A stretch of DNA of 64,000 bases from Candidatus Latescibacterota bacterium (GCA_965116885.1 OZ220741.1:5248001-5312000); one strand, 5' to 3'; shown: positions 49,573 to 60,981, counted from the stretch's first letter. A program made the numbers and translations. Notes: generated from the letters alone by a model not told the origin.

Positions 49573-50325
49573 ATGAGTCTGGAACCCATTCAAACACCGG
49601 ACATAGAACGTCCACCAAAAGCACTGATCGACGCATTATCACATATTGGCAGCGCCACAGCCAGTGGAGAATTATTCAAGCTGGGCATCCGCAATGCCCA
49701 AATTTTGGGACCCCTTCCCCGAACACCGGGCAAATCAATTTGCGGTCCAGCGCTGACGCTACAATTTATGCCCAAACGAGAAGACTTGCATTCATCGGGC
49801 GAATATCAAGGACCGGAAAGACAATTGCATCGTCATGTGCTATATCACACACAACCGGGCGATGTGGTCGTAGTCGATGCTCGGGGCGACATGAGCAGTG
49901 GCGTTTTTGGCGAGATGATGCTGACCTATTTTTGCGGCCAGGGCGGTCAAGGTGCAATTGTCGATGGTTGTATTCGCGATTTTCCCCACGCCAGGGAATT
50001 AAATCTCGGCTTATGGCTCAAAGGAACAACGCCCAATTTCCACGCGCAAACCAACATCTTTCCCCACGCCGTGAATGTCCCGATAGCGTGTGGTGACACG
50101 CTTGTAATGCCCGGTGATATTATTATCGCCGACGACGACGGCGCCGTGGTAGTGCCAATTAAACTCGCGCCTGAATTGGCAGAAAAAGCGACCGAACACG
50201 CCGAATGGGAAGTCTTTAGCCGAATGAAACTCGCCGAAGGCGGCGACCTGCGGAAGTATTATCCACTCACAGATGAAGCGCGGGTTGAATATGAAGCGTG
50301 GCAAAAGGAACAAGGCGAGACATAA
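49573..50325 (+). CDS. RraA/HMG-aldolase family protein
   Basis: GPALTLQFMP, VVDARG, GVFGEMM, DGCIRD and PGDIIIADDDG. Confidence 0.88.
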   Translation: MSLEPIQTPDIERPPKALIDALSHIGSATASGELFKLGIRNAQILGPLPRTPGKSICGPALTLQFMPKREDLHSSGEYQGPERQLHRHVLYHTQPGDVVVVDARGDMSSGVFGEMMLTYFCGQGGQGAIVDGCIRDFPHARELNLGLWLKGTTPNFHAQTNIFPHAVNVPIACGDTLVMPGDIIIADDDGAVVVPIKLAPELAEKATEHAEWEVFSRMKLAEGGDLRKYYPLTDEARVEYEAWQKEQGET

Positions 50326-50360
50326 AACGCAAGCGGTCAGACTTTGCCTGGTGTGGAGCT

Positions 50361-51299
50361 TTACGCCTGCGCGTGTCTGGCCGCGCCTAAAATCCCCGCA
50401 TCATCGCCCAATTCAGCAGAAACAATCTGCACATGTTCTTTTACACCAACAGTACCGCGATCCCAAAAAGTTCGCATTGCCGGATCAAAAATCCAATCAC
50501 CCGCCTGCGCCAATCCGCCCGTTAGCGCAACGCGATCCACATTCAATACATTCACCAGACTCACCAGCCCCACACCGAGAAAAAACCCCGTCTCCTCAAA
50601 CATCTGCATTGCAAAATCATCACCCGCCTCTGCCGCTTCAAAAATAACCTGTGTGGTCAAACCCTCGGCTTTCAAAGACGTCTCCGGCTTTTCCCCTTCA
50701 AGTCTCTCCAGCGTGCGGCGCACCATCGCCGTAGCCGATGCATACATCTCCAAACACCCAAAATTGCCACACGGACAGCGCGGCCCATTGTGATCCACTG
50801 TAATATGCCCCACCTCGGCCGCATTGCCATTAAACCCGTGCATAACCCTCCCCTCGCTAATCCATCCACCGCCAACTCCTGTACCCAGAGTCACGCACAA
50901 AAAGTGATCAACACCTCGACCAGCCCCCAACCATTGCTCGCCATAAGCCGCCAAATTTGCATCATTATCTACCACCACGCCCAGACCGAGCAATACCTCC
51001 AGGCGATCTTTTAATCGCACACCGTGCATACACTGCAAATTCTCGGGCGATATAATCACACCTTCAAACGGATCTAAGGGACCTGGCGCACCAACCCCTA
51101 TACCCTGTACTTCCGCCAGTGAAATCCCACCATCTCGCGCAGCCGCAGCCGCACATTCGGCAATGCCATCTACCACACCTTCGGCACCCAGATGCAATCG
51201 CGTGGGCTGTCGCGCCCTACCCACAATTTCACCAGACGCTGTCACAAGCCCCGCACGCGTATTGGTGCCTCCCAAATCTATGCCAATCGTCAAGCTCAT
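50361..51299 (-). CDS. ROK family sugar kinase (glucokinase-like)
   Basis: GIDLGGT, DNDAN, TLGTGVGGG, EVGH and CPCGNFGCLE. Confidence 0.93.
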   Translation of the reverse strand: MSLTIGIDLGGTNTRAGLVTASGEIVGRARQPTRLHLGAEGVVDGIAECAAAAARDGGISLAEVQGIGVGAPGPLDPFEGVIISPENLQCMHGVRLKDRLEVLLGLGVVVDNDANLAAYGEQWLGAGRGVDHFLCVTLGTGVGGGWISEGRVMHGFNGNAAEVGHITVDHNGPRCPCGNFGCLEMYASATAMVRRTLERLEGEKPETSLKAEGLTTQVIFEAAEAGDDFAMQMFEETGFFLGVGLVSLVNVLNVDRVALTGGLAQAGDWIFDPAMRTFWDRGTVGVKEHVQIVSAELGDDAGILGAARHAQA

Positions 51300-51937
51300 T
51301 TTTCCACTCGCGCCTGCGCCACAGCATCTACAAAAGATTTTGCCGTTGCCGTCAAAGATGCCCAGTCTTTATTATCCACAGCCACCTTATCGACCATCGC
51401 GCTACCAGCCCCCACAGCCACCGCACCATTTTTGATAAACTCGGGTGTTGTTTTAGCATCCACCCCACCCGTGGGCATGAGCTTCACCTGCGGCAAAGGA
51501 CCCAGAATATCCTTAAAATAAGACGGTCCCCCTACACCGGCGGGAAACACCTTGACCACATCGGCTCCTGCTTGCCATGCCGTCAAAATTTCCGTAGGCG
51601 TAAACCCGGCGGGCATCACGGCCTTACCATACCGCTTGCTCATCTCGATCACCGCCGTATTCAAAGTGGGACTCACCACATATTCTGCGCCGGATAGAAT
51701 TGCTGCCCGCGCCGTCTCTGGATCGAGCACAGACCCCACCCCAATAATCGTATCTTCCATCTTTGCCGACGCTTCTTCAATCACCTTCAGCGCACCCGGC
51801 ACCGTCATCGTCACCTCAATCGCCACCACACCGCCCTCGCGCAACGCTTTTGACACATCCATCAACTGCGACGGATTATCTGCCCGCAACACGGCAACCA
51901 CACCGCAATCAATAATGCGATCTACAGTACTTGACAT
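51296..51937 (-). CDS. eda: KDPG/KHG aldolase
   Basis: VAVLR, IEVT, TPTE, VKVFPA and MPTGGV. Confidence 0.93.
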   Translation of the reverse strand: MSSTVDRIIDCGVVAVLRADNPSQLMDVSKALREGGVVAIEVTMTVPGALKVIEEASAKMEDTIIGVGSVLDPETARAAILSGAEYVVSPTLNTAVIEMSKRYGKAVMPAGFTPTEILTAWQAGADVVKVFPAGVGGPSYFKDILGPLPQVKLMPTGGVDAKTTPEFIKNGAVAVGAGSAMVDKVAVDNKDWASLTATAKSFVDAVAQARVEK

Positions 51938-51950
51938 TTATCCTCCTCAC

Positions 51951-51982
51951 AAAATTAAACCTCTCTCCAAAATGGAGAGAGG
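51951..51982 (-). terminator. Terminator-like hairpin between kdgK and eda
   Basis: Perfect 10-bp stem cctctctcca/tggagagagg followed by tttaatttt on the minus strand. Confidence 0.6.
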
Positions 51983-52015
51983 CGTTATGTATTATTAGCG
52001 CATTCATCTCAGACT

Positions 52016-53059
52016 CTATCGTCTAATCCGCGCGCTCTCACCCTTCATTGCACTCTCAGCCTCTGCGCGCGTAGCCCAGTTCACATCGCCCGGGAACGTA
52101 TGTGCCAGAGCCGAATAAGCCCCTGCAAAATCCACGATATCCTGAGCTGGTTCGCCCTCGAGCACCCCGGCAATAATACCCGCTGAAAAATTATCGCCCC
52201 CTCCTACGCGATCCACCATCTCCAAATCTTCATAAATGCGCGACAAATAAAACTCGCTGCCATCGTAAAGCAGCGTGCGCCAGTCATTTAGCAACCCGGT
52301 CTTCGCAACGCGCAGGGTTGTACCCACAAGTGTCACATTGGGATATTGTGATACGGCCTTCCGCGCGACATCTTTATAGCTCTCAGGGTCGAGCGCGTCG
52401 TAATCGCCCGACGTACCCTCGGCTTTAAGCCCCATCGTCTTTTCAAAATCCTCTTCATTGCCGATAAGCACCTGCACATGCGGAATACACTTTGCAATTG
52501 TCTCCTGTGCCTGTTCTGCACTCCACAATTTGGACCTGAAATTGAGATCAAAACTCGTAGTCACGCCTGCATCGCGGGCTGCTACCAGCGCTTCTACTGT
52601 AGCCTCTGCCGCACCTTCGGACAACGCGGGCGTAATCCCACTGACGTGAAACCACTTGCTCCCTTCAAAAACAGATGCCCAATCCACCATCCCCGGCTCG
52701 ATATTCATAATCGCGGTATGGCCCCTGTCATACGTCACCGCACTCGCACGCGGCCCCACCCCCACTTCCATGTGATAAAATCCATTGCGCTCAAGCCCCA
52801 CACCATCAAAATCCGTCCACAAAATATTGGACATATCCACCCCGTGCTCGCGCCCCTTATTGCGAATAATCCACCCCGTCCAATTATCGACCAACCGGGA
52901 CACCCACGCCGCCTTCAATCCCAAGTGCGCGCAACCGACCGCGACATTGTATTCCCCCCCACCGATCTCAACATCGAGTTTACTCGCATTCTCCAATCGG
53001 CGGTATTCTGGCGAAGACAGCCGAATCATCGCCTCGCCAAAAGTCACGACATCGTACAT
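52016..53059 (-). CDS. kdgK: 2-dehydro-3-deoxygluconokinase (PfkB family)
   Basis: FGEAMIRL, GGGEYNVA, HVSGITPAL, DLNFRSKLW and DRVGGGD; adjacent to eda. Confidence 0.88.
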   Translation of the reverse strand: MYDVVTFGEAMIRLSSPEYRRLENASKLDVEIGGGEYNVAVGCAHLGLKAAWVSRLVDNWTGWIIRNKGREHGVDMSNILWTDFDGVGLERNGFYHMEVGVGPRASAVTYDRGHTAIMNIEPGMVDWASVFEGSKWFHVSGITPALSEGAAEATVEALVAARDAGVTTSFDLNFRSKLWSAEQAQETIAKCIPHVQVLIGNEEDFEKTMGLKAEGTSGDYDALDPESYKDVARKAVSQYPNVTLVGTTLRVAKTGLLNDWRTLLYDGSEFYLSRIYEDLEMVDRVGGGDNFSAGIIAGVLEGEPAQDIVDFAGAYSALAHTFPGDVNWATRAEAESAMKGESARIRR

Positions 53060-53086
53060 ATAGTCCCCCTCAAAATTAGCAATCAG

Positions 53087-53767
53087 CTACTCATCCGAGC
53101 CACCCAGAAAGCCCGCCATCCACAACAGGCGCAACAACTCCAAAATTGCCACCAATGCTGATGCGACATAAGTTAGCGCAGCAGCATTCAAAACCTTCCT
53201 CGAAGCGGGGATCTCCTCAGGCGTCAGATATCCGCCATCAGCCAAAATCTGAATGGCCCGACTGCTCGCATTAAATTCAACCGGCAGGGTAACAATACTG
53301 AAAACCACAGCCGCAGAAAAGAACACAATGCCAAAAAAAATCAGTTCCAACCAACCGAAAATAAACCCGGCAATAAGAAAAACCCACGCCATCTTCGACC
53401 CAATATTTGCAACTGGAACCAGGCTTGTTCGAAGAGACAGAGGCACATAGCCCTGCGCGTGTTGAAATGCATGCCCGGCTTCGTGAGCAGCCACGCCAAT
53501 CGCAGCTAAAGAGCGATTCCCGTACACACTTTCCGATAAGCGCAACATGCGATCTCTCGGATCGTAGTGATCTGTCAAATGCCCCTGCACAGGCTCCACG
53601 CTCACGGGCAAACCACCTCGACGTAAAATATCTCGCGCGACCTGATCTGCAGTCGCACCGCTTTGCGCAACAAACTCATCGTATTTGCGAAACGTGCGCT
53701 TCACCTTGAATTGCGCCCACATCGTAATAGCTATTCCTATAAACATCACCATCAAACCTTCCAGCAT
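53087..53767 (-). CDS. YugP-like neutral zinc metallopeptidase (membrane)
   Basis: LTDHYDP, VAAHEAGHA, TLPVEFNAS and AAALTYVA. Confidence 0.92.
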   Translation of the reverse strand: MLEGLMVMFIGIAITMWAQFKVKRTFRKYDEFVAQSGATADQVARDILRRGGLPVSVEPVQGHLTDHYDPRDRMLRLSESVYGNRSLAAIGVAAHEAGHAFQHAQGYVPLSLRTSLVPVANIGSKMAWVFLIAGFIFGWLELIFFGIVFFSAAVVFSIVTLPVEFNASSRAIQILADGGYLTPEEIPASRKVLNAAALTYVASALVAILELLRLLWMAGFLGGSDE

Positions 53768-53801
53768 GACATCTCCTCCTGAAACAGTTGTCAGTTATCA
53801 G

Positions 53802-54755
53802 TTATCGGTTGTCAGCCTTCGCGTCTCTACCCAATCTCTCCCCGACCTCAATGCGATATCCCCGCACAAAATCAGCACCGGACATGCGCTTTTTACCCGC
53901 TGGTTGCACCTCGTCCAGCGCGAGAACCCCTTTGCCCGTCCCCACAATGAGTCCGCGCTTGCCATCTACACCAATCACAGTACCCGCTTCTCCCATCTCC
54001 GTCTCAACCGTTGCCCTGTGAACCTTCAGTAATTTATTCTGCCAGAGTGTAAACGCTCCCGGAAAGGGATTGGTTCCCCGAATGAGATTGCGAATATCTC
54101 CAGCGCCTTTTGCCCAGTCAATCTCGCCATCTTCTTTCTCTAATTTTGGAGCGCGACTCACGCCCTCATCCGTCTGTGGCACGGGAATAACAGAACCATC
54201 TGCCATGCCATCAATAGCCCGAATGAGCAACTCAGCACCCATCACCTTCAACCGCTCATACAGTTCGCCCGCGGTTTCATCGTCCCCAATCGCCACCTTT
54301 TGCTGAATTAAAATATCGCCGGCATCCACGCGCGGCGACAATTGAAAAATGGTCACACCCGTCTCGGTCTCACCATTGATAATAGCCCATTGAATAGGCG
54401 CTGCCCCGCGATATTTGGGCAACAGAGAGGGATGAACATTCACAGAACCCAATTTGGGAATCGCCAGCACAGAACGCGGCAAAATCAGAAAAGCCACCAC
54501 CGCAAGTAGATCTGGTTCCAGAGCCTGCAACTGCGCATGAAAATTCTCATCTCTGAGCGATTCGGGCTGCAAAACCGGCACATCCAACCCCAGCGACGCA
54601 ACCGCAGCCTTCACATCGGCTGGTTGCATCTGCTGACCCCGACCGCGTGGCCTATCTGGTCGCGTCACCACGCCCACAAGATCATGACCGCTTTGAGCCA
54701 CGCTCAAAAGCGACGGCACCGCAAAATCGGGCGTGCCCATAAACACTACCCTCAT
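53802..54755 (-). CDS. fmt: Methionyl-tRNA formyltransferase
   Basis: VFMGTPDFA, NVHPSLLPKYRGAAPI and DAGD. Confidence 0.97.
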   Translation of the reverse strand: MRVVFMGTPDFAVPSLLSVAQSGHDLVGVVTRPDRPRGRGQQMQPADVKAAVASLGLDVPVLQPESLRDENFHAQLQALEPDLLAVVAFLILPRSVLAIPKLGSVNVHPSLLPKYRGAAPIQWAIINGETETGVTIFQLSPRVDAGDILIQQKVAIGDDETAGELYERLKVMGAELLIRAIDGMADGSVIPVPQTDEGVSRAPKLEKEDGEIDWAKGAGDIRNLIRGTNPFPGAFTLWQNKLLKVHRATVETEMGEAGTVIGVDGKRGLIVGTGKGVLALDEVQPAGKKRMSGADFVRGYRIEVGERLGRDAKADNR

Positions 54756-54776
54756 TGCCAAATTTTCACCTTTCTA

Positions 54777-56376
<1,600 letters not shown>

Positions 56377-56407
56377 CTAAAAACAATCGCTAAAAACAAT
56401 CGCGGTC

Positions 56408-56436
56408 AATATAACATCCCCCCTCTTATGCGTCAA
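56408..56436 (-). promoter_or_regulatory. sigma70 promoter of tgt-yajC-fmt
   Basis: TTGACG, 17-bp spacer, TATATT with an extended -10 TG on the minus strand. Confidence 0.65.
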
Positions 56437-56481
56437 GGATCAGGATTTACAGGATGAAAAGATGTTCAGGATACCCCATTC

Positions 56482-57717
56482 TTAATTTTTAAGTTTTAAT
56501 TCTTTCACAGCTTCTTCAGCCAGCACAAATACAAACCCCTGGTCTGCCAACTCGGGTAACATGCGTTGCAATGCCTGTAGTGTATTGGGTTTTGCATGCC
56601 CAATACCAATCACCATACCTTCATGCCGTGCGCGAGCGGCGAGCCAGTATAGTCGCTTGGCCACCACTTCCTCATCTTCGACAATATCCAAAAACATCGC
56701 ATTGCGACCACTGGGAATATCCATATCCCGCGCGACTGCATAAGCCACTGATTGGGGTGACGTGACACTATCGATAAAAAAGAAATTCCACTTTTCCACA
56801 ACGCCTAACACTGCTTTCATCGCTGCAAAATTTTGTGTTAATCGAGACCCCATGTGATTGTTCATCCCTGTTGCATGGGGTACGGATGCGAGGGCATTTT
56901 GGGTCAACTCCGCGATCTTTTCCGGCGCGTAATCCAAAAAAATTGCATTGGGACCTGGATCGCGCGCTGGATAGTCTATCGGCTCCATAGGCAAATGGAC
57001 CATCACGCCGTGATTTTTCTCAATAGCCTGCTGCGCTATCCAGGCCGTATGCTTCTCGCCGGGAAAAATCGAAAATGTAATCGGCTGTGGCAACTCACAA
57101 AAAGACAGAATTAAATTCCGATCCTGATATCCAAAATCATCAATCACAATGGCAATACGCCCCGCGAGTCGCTCGAGTTCTTCATTCTTCTCAAGCCGGA
57201 ACAAATTGGTCTGTCTATCATTCAACCCCACGCGAAGCCACAGCACATTGCCCTGTCGATCCTCGCTACCTTCAATTACCACCCCACCCAATTGATGCGC
57301 CAGATGGGTCAAAGACAAATTGCAAACAGATAGTGGCAAAGCATCGGGCACTTTCGACTGCACTTCCCAACGCACTTCGCCTTTGGACAAACGCACCTTT
57401 TTAATCGCTTCAGGAGGAATCCCCAGCCCGATCAAAACATCTTTTGCCTGCACGACCATTGTATCGGCAAATGCAAGAACGTCTTCTGGACCGGCTTTCC
57501 ATCCTGGTGTCTCTTCGATGGGAAGTGCATATTCGACCGACTGTGGTCGCCAAAAATACGACCACAGCCGCCAAAAATACGACTGAGGTAGCCAAAAATA
57601 GGCGGTCAATACACCAGCGAGCGAAATTATTATAACACAGGGCACAACCCATAACCGAAGAGATCGCCGCTTACGCGCCATTTCCAATGGTCTTTTTTCA
57701 GACAAACGTTTCGCCAT
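56482..57717 (-). CDS. Divergent polysaccharide deacetylase (YibQ-like) with N-terminal membrane anchor
   Basis: IAIVIDDFG, HLPMEP, NNHMGS, FIDSVT and IGIGH. Confidence 0.9.
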   Translation of the reverse strand: MAKRLSEKRPLEMARKRRSLRLWVVPCVIIISLAGVLTAYFWLPQSYFWRLWSYFWRPQSVEYALPIEETPGWKAGPEDVLAFADTMVVQAKDVLIGLGIPPEAIKKVRLSKGEVRWEVQSKVPDALPLSVCNLSLTHLAHQLGGVVIEGSEDRQGNVLWLRVGLNDRQTNLFRLEKNEELERLAGRIAIVIDDFGYQDRNLILSFCELPQPITFSIFPGEKHTAWIAQQAIEKNHGVMVHLPMEPIDYPARDPGPNAIFLDYAPEKIAELTQNALASVPHATGMNNHMGSRLTQNFAAMKAVLGVVEKWNFFFIDSVTSPQSVAYAVARDMDIPSGRNAMFLDIVEDEEVVAKRLYWLAARARHEGMVIGIGHAKPNTLQALQRMLPELADQGFVFVLAEEAVKELKLKN

Positions 57718-57726
57718 TTTGCAGAC

Positions 57727-58701
57727 TCAATAAATCTGAACCGGATCGGGAATAAAACACAATACAAAAATAGCCAGCGACGCGTACCCAAGCCACCGCC
57801 GTGCAGGATCCAATTCAACATCGGGATTTACAGGCGGCGGATGATGCCGTCCCATCAGCGCAGCCAACCCCAACCACACCAGCCAACCGATCCAGCGGGA
57901 ATCATACCAGGCCCTGAACATAGATTGTGCATCCCACCAGTGGTAAGGCGGTGCACATAACCACATCAATGCCAATCCCACCATTGTCGCCCGAGAAATT
58001 AACCGGTGTTTCCCACCAAAAATCGCATAGACAATATGACCGCCATCAAATTGTCCCATCGGCAACAAATTCAACACCGTCACAAACAACCCCAACCAGC
58101 CCGCAAAAGCCACCGGATGCAGCATCACATCATAACCCTCGGGCAGATCACCGATAACGCTTATACCCAACCAACTCGACAAGAGAGAATCACCCAGAGT
58201 AAGTGCGCCTTCCGGTATATCTCGTACCTCAATTACTTCCGACATGTGCAGCCCAGCACTCAACGCGATCACAGACATCACAAACCCGGCAATAGGCCCA
58301 GATGCGCCAATATCGATAAGCGCCCGTCGATTCGGAATCTGAGATCGCAATTTGATCACTGCCCCCAGGGTGCCAATAAACGAAGGGAAGGGAATAAAAT
58401 AGGGCAATGAGGCGCGCACACCCCAGCGGCGCGAAGTCACATAATGCCCCATCTCGTGTATGCCCAAAATGATCAGCAACGTCGCAGAAAACGGCAAGCC
58501 ATAGACCAAATAGCGAGGATCAATCAAAATATGCCAGTTATCGGGCATTGATGCCCATTGGGAAGACATGGGCATCCCCGCGACCGTCGTCGTGTACACA
58601 GTTGCCAAAAACAGCCCAACATGCAATCTCAAATTCTCCTGCTTCCTGGACAAGGCCGGCCGCGTGGGAAAATACCGATTATCATTCAAATCGTCTGACA
58701 C
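57727..58701 (-). CDS. Site-2 protease (M50) family membrane metalloprotease
   Basis: HEMGH, LPYFIP, GTLGAVI, GPIAG and NLLPMGQFDGGH. Confidence 0.92.
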   Translation of the reverse strand: MSDDLNDNRYFPTRPALSRKQENLRLHVGLFLATVYTTTVAGMPMSSQWASMPDNWHILIDPRYLVYGLPFSATLLIILGIHEMGHYVTSRRWGVRASLPYFIPFPSFIGTLGAVIKLRSQIPNRRALIDIGASGPIAGFVMSVIALSAGLHMSEVIEVRDIPEGALTLGDSLLSSWLGISVIGDLPEGYDVMLHPVAFAGWLGLFVTVLNLLPMGQFDGGHIVYAIFGGKHRLISRATMVGLALMWLCAPPYHWWDAQSMFRAWYDSRWIGWLVWLGLAALMGRHHPPPVNPDVELDPARRWLGYASLAIFVLCFIPDPVQIY

Positions 58702-58726
58702 AATCGCTCCTTATCCTTTTCACCTC

Positions 58727-59611
58727 TCACCTTATCCCCACTGCAATGCGATGCGAATCGCCCAACCCCTGCGATGCAGGCACAAAAGCGTAATCCACCC
58801 GCCAGTTGCGCTGCGTGATACCCAATCCAAACGACAACATGCGCGTATCGTGCCCGGTTTGAATCCCACCGCGCAAAAACAACCTGTCCATCACCCCGTA
58901 TTCCAAACCGAAATTTGCCCCGCTATTGCCCGCTGCTGGCAGGCGAAAATCGGCTGTTGCTATCCACGTGCGCCAGAACCACGCAGCCCCCAAGCGAAAC
59001 ACCCGGGGCAAAGGGGTGCGCACCCGGTCTAACTGCGCCATTCTTCCCCAATTTCGATATGACATCCCCAGCATCACGTTCTCAGATATACGATATAACG
59101 CACCCCCATCCGCGCTCATCCCCCACGCACTCTCTGGCCCGATATTTTCATGCAACGCCCGAACCGAAAACCCCACATAAATTCGCTGCCCTATCTTCTG
59201 CGCATAGGACAACCCCGCATTGAGATCGTAAACGCTAAACGTACCCGCAGGCGTCGCGGTCGGTTCTCGCCGCGCTTCCAATCCCCCAGTCCCATAAACG
59301 CCCAAACTCAGCGCAAGACCGCGCCTATCATTGCCATAAGCCCACCCGCCATACCCCTGCTTGATCCCCTGGAACGATCGGTGGTGCGCCAAAATAAAAT
59401 GTTTGCCCTGCATAGCCGCCACACCTGCCGGATTCCAAAACGCAGCAGTCTGTTCACCTACCACAGCGGTCTGTGCTTCACCCATCGCAGCAGCACGCGC
59501 ACCAACCCCCTCGCGCAGCAGTAAAAAACCGGCCTTGCGCGCCGAAGCACTGGCCTCAGCAAAAAACAGACAACAGATCATAATAAAAATACCAAAAACA
59601 ATGCGCTTCAC
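58727..59611 (-). CDS. PorV/PorQ-family outer-membrane beta-barrel protein
   Basis: Signal peptide, FLLL..GARAAAMGEA, AFWNPAG, C-terminal 'VDYAF....LG.SHRI'. GTG 59611 after GGAGG. Confidence 0.8.
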   Translation of the reverse strand: MKRIVFGIFIMICCLFFAEASASARKAGFLLLREGVGARAAAMGEAQTAVVGEQTAAFWNPAGVAAMQGKHFILAHHRSFQGIKQGYGGWAYGNDRRGLALSLGVYGTGGLEARREPTATPAGTFSVYDLNAGLSYAQKIGQRIYVGFSVRALHENIGPESAWGMSADGGALYRISENVMLGMSYRNWGRMAQLDRVRTPLPRVFRLGAAWFWRTWIATADFRLPAAGNSGANFGLEYGVMDRLFLRGGIQTGHDTRMLSFGLGITQRNWRVDYAFVPASQGLGDSHRIAVGIR

Positions 59612-59658
59612 AAAAACCTCCTGCATACAAAAACTCCAAAAGTCAGTGCATTTCAGAA

Positions 59659-59687
59659 AGAGTAAGCAAACAGACAAAATGTGTCAA
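59659..59687 (-). promoter_or_regulatory. Putative sigma70 promoter for the PorV-like gene
   Basis: TTGACA, 17-bp spacer, TACTCT on the minus strand. Confidence 0.5.
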
Positions 59688-59724
59688 CCGCCCATTATTA
59701 AAATGGACCATCCCAAGCGCGCAA

Positions 59725-59753
59725 TTGACAGGACCTTATTTCCTAACTACATT
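59725..59753 (+). promoter_or_regulatory. sigma70 promoter for the AbiTii-like gene
   Basis: TTGACA, 17-bp spacer, TACATT. Confidence 0.6.
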
Positions 59754-59796
59754 TGTTATGGCAATCTCTCTCGCACCACAAAAGGAGTCTATCAAA

Positions 59797-60981
59797 GTGC
59801 AAAAAGACGCGACTACAGAAGACCGCAGAGACAAGAGTGGAAATGCTTTACGCCTTGTGAAAGAGGCCATAGACGCTCTGCAAGCACGATCATCAAACTC
59901 AACAAGCACTGCTGTACGCAAGTTGCAAACTGCGGCCTCCCTGATAGGCGATAAGGACCTTGTCACCTGGTGTGACTTTCAACTCGGGAAGCTAAATTTA
60001 TATTTAGCAACAATAGATCAGGACGAAGACCCTAAGGTCTATTTTTCCCGAATATGCAGTCAACTTAAAGAGCGCAAGATACCTTTCACAGTGGAAGAAC
60101 TAATCCCAAGACTGGACAAGGCAGGTGGTGGTTTCTCCAGCATTGAGTTTATCGAAGATATCCTTAACCAGATGCAGAAAGAGAAACGAGGCAACGATGG
60201 AACTCATTATCGGTCAGATCTGAGGGTGGTGATTTCCGCTACAGCAAACGCTGCCGCTATCCACGCCAATCGACTCTATGCCAATCTCGCTTTTGGCGAG
60301 GTTCCACGACAATACTTTGATCTGATAAGAGACAGGGTCGATAACCTGCTGTTAGATATCTGTCCAGACGCCATAGAGCAGTTCATGACGGCATACGAGA
60401 AACTCGCAGGTGGCCGGGCAGAAGATTGGTCGCTCGCACTGACGTCCTGTCGGAGAATCATTAAGGCAGTTGCGGACGTGATATATCCTCCCCAAAATGA
60501 GAAGGTCGCAGGCCGAGAGGTCGGAGATCAACAGTACATTAACCGCATTTGGGCGTTTTTAGACGAAAATATGGCCTCAAGTTCCGACAAAAACCTGGCA
60601 AAAGCCCACATAGACTATCTGGGCTCCTTCATTGAGAAACTAAACAAGAAGGCTTCCAAGGGCGTACACTCTGCTGTAAATCACGAAGAAGCCGTAAGAA
60701 CTGTTCTCTACACCTATCTCACCCTTGGGGATATTCTTGACTTCACACCTGAGAGCGTCTCCAAAGCACTCAAAGAAAAAGGAAAGTTTAATGTCAATAG
60801 TGCCTCAATAGAAGAAATGCTGTCAGTGCCTGGAATGACCAACGACATTGCAAAGCAGATTGTGAAACGGCGAGTGAAACGGGCATTCGTATCTATCGAG
60901 GAACTGCAGGAACTCAAAGGTGTCGGTCCCAGCACGGTACAGAAGCTGAGCGTGGCAATGATCGCACTACCCACGGAATGA
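59797..60981 (+). CDS. AbiTii-like N-terminal domain + HEPN-like domain + ComEA-type helix-hairpin-helix domain (putative defence protein)
   Basis: 'STAVRKLQTAASLIGDKDLVTWCDFQL' (AbiTii-like); 'ALTSCRRIIKAVAD...YINR...ASKGVH' (HEPN-like); 'NVNSASIEEMLSVPGM...AKQIV...F.SIEELQELKGVG' (HhH). GTG 59797 after AAGGAG (alternative ATG 59758). Confidence 0.65.
   Translation: MQKDATTEDRRDKSGNALRLVKEAIDALQARSSNSTSTAVRKLQTAASLIGDKDLVTWCDFQLGKLNLYLATIDQDEDPKVYFSRICSQLKERKIPFTVEELIPRLDKAGGGFSSIEFIEDILNQMQKEKRGNDGTHYRSDLRVVISATANAAAIHANRLYANLAFGEVPRQYFDLIRDRVDNLLLDICPDAIEQFMTAYEKLAGGRAEDWSLALTSCRRIIKAVADVIYPPQNEKVAGREVGDQQYINRIWAFLDENMASSSDKNLAKAHIDYLGSFIEKLNKKASKGVHSAVNHEEAVRTVLYTYLTLGDILDFTPESVSKALKEKGKFNVNSASIEEMLSVPGMTNDIAKQIVKRRVKRAFVSIEELQELKGVGPSTVQKLSVAMIALPTE

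Noticed and set aside
52478..53161. 227-aa plus-strand ORF
   Set aside because: Antisense to kdgK, with shadow-ORF composition.
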